This document shows, piece by piece, positions 24,600 through 29,570 of a stretch of 32,000 bases of DNA. The translations under genes and the position numbers were made by a program. Numbering within the stretch: the stretch's first letter is position 1; the number at the start of each line of letters is the position of its first letter. The notes under the pieces were generated by a model. That model was given only the letters and a program-made list of their open reading frames with translations, was not told the DNA's origin and ran no database searches. The stretch is from Sinorhizobium meliloti (lineage in GTDB: Bacteria; Pseudomonadota; Alphaproteobacteria; Rhizobiales; Rhizobiaceae), in assembly GCF_017876815.1 (NCBI RefSeq), contig NZ_JAGIOS010000001.1:2790001-2822000 (forward strand). The letters are read 5' to 3'.

Positions 24600-25694
24600 T
24601 CACGCCCGGTCGGCGACGAAGCGGGCGAGGGCGGGGCCGATCAGCGTGATTATGAGCAGACGGGCCGTCTGCAAGGCCATCACGAAAGGAAGATCGACAT
24701 TGCTGGAGGCGGCGATGACCGCGATCGAATCGAGTCCGCCGGGGCTGGTCGCGAGATAGGCGGTCAGCGGATCGATGCCCGCGACCTTGATGAGCAACAG
24801 CGCAAGAAGACCGGAAAAGGATATCAGCACGACGATGGAGACGATCGTCGGCATCAGGGCGCGGCGAGCGTGCGCCAGAATTGCCCGCGTGAAGCCGAGG
24901 CCGATATTCCAGCCGAGCATCGCGAAAGAGAGCGCCAGCAGCCATTGCGGCAGTTCGATCGTAAGCGTTCCGGTAATGTTGAGGGCCGAACCGATTGCAA
25001 AGGGCACGAGGAAGGCGCCGGCCGGTACACGCAATATCTTGCCAAGGATGCCGCTCGCGATTCCGACGGCGAGCGTCATGAAGAATGGCAGACCGGCAAT
25101 CGGGGCAAACCAGTGAGTTGCCGTTTCGGCTTCGACGCCGCTCACCCAGAGATGGGACACGATGGTCGCAGTGCTGGCAACGAAGACGACGCGCAGATAT
25201 TGCATGAAGGCGACGAGCCGGGCGTCCGCGCCATAGGCATCGGCCATCAGCAGCATCGTCGAGGCAGCGCCTGCCGACGAGCCCCAGATCGCGGTCGTGC
25301 CCGGCAGGATGCCCATCCGGGTGATCGTCCAGCCGCAGAGCGTGCTGACGCCGATCACCGACAGAATGATGGCAAGAAAGAGGAGCCAATTGCCGGAAAA
25401 GGTCACGAGAAGATCGGGGGTCATCGAAGCGGCGATCATCATCGCCAGCACGACCTGAACGCAAAAGAAGAGCTGTCGCGGCAGCCGGATCGTTCCGCCA
25501 TTCATGCCGACGAGCGCACCGGCGATCATCGGCCCCATCAGCAGGCCCGCAGGAATTCCGATCATTTCGAGGACGCCGGCGAAGACGGCGGAAAGCAAGG
25601 CCAGCAGGCACCACTGCCAAACGGCGGACAGACGTCCCAGTCCGCCGTTCTTGGGCAGCATCGGGGTTGAGGGCTGTTCCGGCTTCAAGGTCAT
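24600..25694 (-). CDS. AbrB-duplication family membrane protein (putative ammonia-monooxygenase-like, function unknown)
   Basis: Track ORF 24600..25940. Its first 82 codons are Arg-rich and non-membrane. The ATG at 25694 gives a 364-aa polytopic membrane protein (MTLKPEQPSTPMLPKNGGLGRLSAVWQWCLLALLSAVFAGVLEMIGIPAGLLMGPMIAG...). An internal duplication pattern (...PAG.L.GPM..., ...PAGAFLVPF...) is typical of PF05145-type proteins. Confidence 0.82.
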   Translation of the reverse strand: MTLKPEQPSTPMLPKNGGLGRLSAVWQWCLLALLSAVFAGVLEMIGIPAGLLMGPMIAGALVGMNGGTIRLPRQLFFCVQVVLAMMIAASMTPDLLVTFSGNWLLFLAIILSVIGVSTLCGWTITRMGILPGTTAIWGSSAGAASTMLLMADAYGADARLVAFMQYLRVVFVASTATIVSHLWVSGVEAETATHWFAPIAGLPFFMTLAVGIASGILGKILRVPAGAFLVPFAIGSALNITGTLTIELPQWLLALSFAMLGWNIGLGFTRAILAHARRALMPTIVSIVVLISFSGLLALLLIKVAGIDPLTAYLATSPGGLDSIAVIAASSNVDLPFVMALQTARLLIITLIGPALARFVADRA

Positions 25695-25938
25695 TCTCCG
25701 GCGGGCGGCGCGGCTTCCTGCACACTGTATGCAGCGCACCGTTGGTAGCAGGATCGGCCGCCCCAATTCAAGGTGCAGTGCAAAAAACTGTGCCACAGCC
25801 CGTTTTGCCGGAAGTTGGGCGCAAAGTCGGTGATTGCGCACGTGTGGCCGCCGCCTAGCAGCGCGCCTCACGAGCTTCGTCGGCTGGCCGGCCAAATCCG
25901 CACTTGCGCCGGGCGGCCGAATCCTGACACTCAAGGTC

Positions 25939-27066
25939 ATGCAGTTCGCTCCGCAACAGGATGAGGCCCTGAAGGCCGTTTCGCAATGGTTGAAGGGAGG
26001 CCGTTCTCAGCTCTTCCGGCTGTTCGGCTATGCCGGCACCGGCAAGACCACGCTCGCCCGCCATTTCGCAGAAAATGTGGATGGCGAGGTGGTGTTCGCC
26101 GCCTTCACCGGCAAGGCCGCGCAGGTGCTGCGCTCCAAAGGAGCCACGAACGCCAAGACCATCCACTCGCTGATCTACCGCCCGCGCGGCGAGGAGGAAG
26201 TGGAGGACGAGGAGACCGGCAAGACGTCGATCGCGCCGATGTTCGCGATCAACCGCCAGAGCCCGGTCGCGAAAGCGGCGCTGATCATCGTCGACGAATG
26301 CTCGATGGTGGACGAGGCGCTCGGCAAGGATCTGATGAGCTTCGGCACGCCGATCCTCGTTCTCGGCGATCCCGGACAATTGCCGCCGGTTTCCGGCGGC
26401 GGCTACTTCACCAATCACGAACCGGATTTTCTCCTGACGGATATCCATCGCCAGGCGAGGGACAACCCTATCATCCAGCTCGCCATGCAGGTGCGCGAGG
26501 GCAAGGAGATCATGCACGGCGACTACGGCACCGCCCAGGTCATCTCCAAGGGGCAGGTGACACAGCCTCTGGTGCTGGAAGCCGACCAGGTGCTGGTCGG
26601 GACCAACAGGACGCGGCGGCGCTACAACCAGCGGCTTCGCGAACTGAAAGGCTTTACCAGCGAGTATCCGCAGTCCGGCGACAAGCTCGTATGCCTTCGC
26701 AACGATCCGGCCAAAGGCCTGCTCAACGGCTCGCTCTGGCAGGTGATGAGCTCGTCCAAGGAGACGGTCAAGCCAGGGATCAACCTGATGATCCGCCCGG
26801 AAGACGACGACATGGATCGCGGCGCCGCCAAGATCAAGCTCCTGAAGGCGGCTTTCGAGGACGTCGAGGGCGAAATCCCCTGGTCCACGCGCAAGCGTTA
26901 CGACGAGTTCGATTACGGCTACGCGCTGACCGTGCACAAAGCCCAGGGCTCGCAATGGAACAACGTCGTGCTTTTCGACGAGAGCTGGGCTTTCCGCGAT
27001 ACGCGCGAACGCTGGCTCTACACGGCGATCACACGCGCCGCGGAGCGGTTGACGATCGTGCGGTGA
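25939..27066 (+). CDS. SF1B helicase, Dda/RecD-like (375 aa)
   Basis: Track ORF 25834..27066. I prefer the ATG at 25939 (MQFAPQQDEALKAV...). Walker A is GYAGTGKTT, Walker B is LIIVDECSMV, motif III is VLGDPGQLPPV, and the C-terminal motif is ALTVHKAQGSQW...YTAITRA. Confidence 0.88.
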   Translation: MQFAPQQDEALKAVSQWLKGGRSQLFRLFGYAGTGKTTLARHFAENVDGEVVFAAFTGKAAQVLRSKGATNAKTIHSLIYRPRGEEEVEDEETGKTSIAPMFAINRQSPVAKAALIIVDECSMVDEALGKDLMSFGTPILVLGDPGQLPPVSGGGYFTNHEPDFLLTDIHRQARDNPIIQLAMQVREGKEIMHGDYGTAQVISKGQVTQPLVLEADQVLVGTNRTRRRYNQRLRELKGFTSEYPQSGDKLVCLRNDPAKGLLNGSLWQVMSSSKETVKPGINLMIRPEDDDMDRGAAKIKLLKAAFEDVEGEIPWSTRKRYDEFDYGYALTVHKAQGSQWNNVVLFDESWAFRDTRERWLYTAITRAAERLTIVR

Positions 27067-27124
27067 AGCTTCGGCCTTCCGTCATGCCTCCAGCCGTTGC
27101 CCCTCACCCAAATTGGGGATTTGG

Positions 27125-27271
27125 CCCCTCATCCGCCTGCCGGCACCTTCTCCCCGCAAAGCGGGGAGAAGGGACAAGCGGCATGCACTCAGTCCCGATG
27201 AACTCGAGCGTGCACCGCCAGTCTCCTTCGCCCCGCTTGCGGGGAGAAGGTGCCGGCAGGCGGATGAGGGG
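27125..27271. repeat. REP-like element: 33-bp perfect inverted repeat pair separated by 81 nt
   Basis: CCCCTCATCCGCCTGCCGGCACCTTCTCCCCGC (27125-27157) is the exact reverse complement of GCGGGGAGAAGGTGCCGGCAGGCGGATGAGGGG (27239-27271). Each arm also has its own local hairpin: CCTTCTCCCCGC-AAA-GCGGGGAGAAGG at 27146-27172, and CCTTCGCCCCGC-TT-GCGGGGAGAAGG at 27225-27250. The same motif occurs at 16403-16435. The element lies between the convergent helicase and patatin genes. Confidence 0.9.
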
Positions 27272-27294
27272 CTGTCGCGCGGTCGTTCACTCTT

Positions 27295-29196
27295 TCAATA
27301 AGTCGGTGCTATCTGCAATTGCGGCAGCGGCCGCGGGGCGGTCTTCGTCAGGTCGGGGCCTTCACCGCTCCATTTCTCTCCCTCACCGATCAGCTTTTCG
27401 AGAAGCCGCGCCGCCTCTTCGCGCTCCGCCTTGCTTGCGAAGCGGTAAGAGGGCGGCTTCGACGTGGCGTCGTGGGCGAGCGCATAGGCGGGCTCGTAAT
27501 CGGGGATTTTCGGCCGGTAGGCGTCGCTCGCGGCAATGTCGATGGTGTAGCGCTGGAGCGCCGAGGCGAGATTGCGCCACCGGATCCAGTAATGGTTCTC
27601 GAAGGAGAACCGGGCGAATGCCTCGCCGGCGGCCGTGCCTTTTTTCGAGACGGCCGCGAGGACCTCCTTCGACATGGCGAGGTTCAGGCCGCCTTCCTGC
27701 GGACTCAACGAGACGTGGACGATGCGTTCGCGATGCCCGGGCGCGCGTGACTGGAGGAGATCGCGCCAATTCTGCATGGTCGCGACAATCGCGAAGACGA
27801 AGGCGCAGAGTTCGTGGACTGCCGACTTGCGCGCAATCGGCTGATAGTGCCGCTGCCATCCCTGCCGGTTGTTCTCCGGCAGAAAGACCTCCGGCCGCGA
27901 GCCGGTATCGGAGGTCTCCGGATAAACGAGATTGATGGCGAAGGTGGGCCATCGCGGCAGCGCTCGGTCAAAGAGGTGGATCGGGAAGTTGCTGCTGATG
28001 CCGCCGTCGGAGAACCAGCAGATCCGGAACGCGGCGGGCCTCGCCCTGCGCTTCTTGCCGCCGGTGGTCAACGCTTCCGTGCTGTCCAATACGGTCTTCT
28101 GTTCGTCCTCGTCCGAAGTCGTATCTTCGGCTTCGTTTTCTCCGTCGGATCCCGGCAGGCTTTCGCGGCGGGCCGGCTCATGCAGCGGCACCGCGCTGAT
28201 CAGGAGGGGGAAGCTGAGGCTCATCCGTGTTGCGACGAGGACCGGCATGTCGGCGCCATGCGGGAGCAGATAGTAATCCTCACCCGCCACGGTGACCGGC
28301 TCCCCGGCCTTCTCTACCATCCAGTCGACGACGACCTTCGGAAAAAGCGCTTCGAATTCCTTGCGCCGGAACCAGAAAAGCGCGCTTTCGAACGGCAGGC
28401 TGCGCGGCTCCTGGTGCGATATGCCAGTCGTGATCATCTTCAGGGTAACGGCGCGGTCGGAGCCCGGTTCGCCGGGGTAGCGCTCCGCCGTCCAAAGATC
28501 GCCGAAGGTGAGGGGCTGGCCCGAAGCCTTGCCGGACAGTGCCTGCAGGGTTTCGTGAAGCCAATCGGTCAAGACCATCCTTGGCCGGCGGGCGGGCTGA
28601 TCCGGTGCCGTGCCGGTACAGAGGCCCATCAGATTGCGGCGCAGGACACGAGCGATGCGCAGTACCGCGAACACCACCCCTCCCAGATAGGCGCAGATCG
28701 CAGCCGGTAAAGCTGCGGCTATCATGCCTGTTTGCCCCCCGACAGCATAAGCAAGACCCGCGAGTGCCGCGAGCAGCAGCAGCGTTTCGACGGGGGCGAT
28801 GCGAACGACGCTTCCAAGAAGCGCAACGCCTTTGCGAAGAACGCCGGTGTTGCCGGCGAGTGTGACGAGCAAGCGGAATGCCTGGCCTGCGCCGGCCGCA
28901 GGCTGGAGGAGGTCCTTGATGAACCCGGGCGAGGCGAGATTCGCCGATGCCTTTGCAAGGCCTTCGAAACCGACGCGCTCCTCCGGTTGAGCGATCGCCG
29001 CCTTCATCTGCTTCCGCCGGTCTCCGACTGCAGCCGCCGCACAAGCCGCAGCTGCGATCGCTCCGGCCGACGTGCCGCCGATATTCTTGAACCGGTAGTC
29101 CCGCGCAAGCGCCAGAGCGGCGTTCGGGTAGACGATACCGCTGGTGATGCCGCCCTTCATGACGAGATCGCAGTATTTCGCGGGAGTGCGTGCCAT
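27295..29196 (-). CDS. Patatin-like phospholipase with membrane-helix insertion and long C-terminal domain (633 aa)
   Basis: Track ORF 27295..29616. I prefer the ATG at 29196 (AGGAG 8 nt upstream). The oxyanion-hole motif is LVMKGGITSGIVY, the nucleophile elbow is GGTSAG (Ser43), and the catalytic Asp motif is WFSDGGISSNFP (Asp397). Two hydrophobic helices lie at about residues 136-183. The C-terminal 230 aa or so resemble the DUF3376-type extension of patatin-related proteins (from memory). Confidence 0.88.
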   Translation of the reverse strand: MARTPAKYCDLVMKGGITSGIVYPNAALALARDYRFKNIGGTSAGAIAAAACAAAAVGDRRKQMKAAIAQPEERVGFEGLAKASANLASPGFIKDLLQPAAGAGQAFRLLVTLAGNTGVLRKGVALLGSVVRIAPVETLLLLAALAGLAYAVGGQTGMIAAALPAAICAYLGGVVFAVLRIARVLRRNLMGLCTGTAPDQPARRPRMVLTDWLHETLQALSGKASGQPLTFGDLWTAERYPGEPGSDRAVTLKMITTGISHQEPRSLPFESALFWFRRKEFEALFPKVVVDWMVEKAGEPVTVAGEDYYLLPHGADMPVLVATRMSLSFPLLISAVPLHEPARRESLPGSDGENEAEDTTSDEDEQKTVLDSTEALTTGGKKRRARPAAFRICWFSDGGISSNFPIHLFDRALPRWPTFAINLVYPETSDTGSRPEVFLPENNRQGWQRHYQPIARKSAVHELCAFVFAIVATMQNWRDLLQSRAPGHRERIVHVSLSPQEGGLNLAMSKEVLAAVSKKGTAAGEAFARFSFENHYWIRWRNLASALQRYTIDIAASDAYRPKIPDYEPAYALAHDATSKPPSYRFASKAEREEAARLLEKLIGEGEKWSGEGPDLTKTAPRPLPQLQIAPTY

Positions 29197-29570
29197 CGAT
29201 CGTCTCCTGATGCAGATCTGACGAAAAATCATCCTCCAGGCGCCGGGTGCCTGCGCCGTCTTTCTTTTCAAGGTTGCGCTCAAACCGTGCGGCAATCCAG
29301 TGCCGCCTGCGATTACGGCATTGTCTTTGCAACACAAGAAGGCGCGTCCTAACGCTCGTCGAAGGGGAAAGGTTGCCCGGTTGCGCGTTTTGCAACTGCC
29401 CGCCGATTGACATTGATCTAACGGGCCATCAGCCTTCCCCGAGTCGGTCCCGACACCGCGTGCAGTCAGGGGTGATATTTCGCACGTCAGGTCGGGATCA
29501 CGTCGGAAAATGCGAGACAGACAGGTCGCCCTGAAGCAGCGCCGCGCGTCTGAGCGGACCTGGCTGGCGA

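Noticed and set aside
24600-25940. N-terminal extensions of track ORFs. Examples are the 446-aa version of the AbrB-duplication protein, the 773-aa version of the patatin (27295..29616), the 337-aa serB (8643..9656), the 238-aa LysE (19507..20223), the 273-aa NTF2-like ORF (10549..11370) and the 410-aa helicase (25834..27066).
   Set aside because: The extra N-terminal segments are Arg/Cys/Pro-rich and non-homologous-looking. They overlap neighbouring genes or repeats, and internal ATGs with proper SD sequences start the recognisable domains. I used the shorter coordinates.
25986-27935. 649-aa plus-strand ORF spanning the helicase gene, the REP element and part of the patatin gene.
   Set aside because: It is out of frame with the helicase and antisense to the patatin. 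It also runs straight through the palindromic repeat, giving the tell-tale SPSPRLRGEGAGRRMRG peptide. The composition is extremely Arg/Pro/Gly/Ser-rich, so it is not a real gene.
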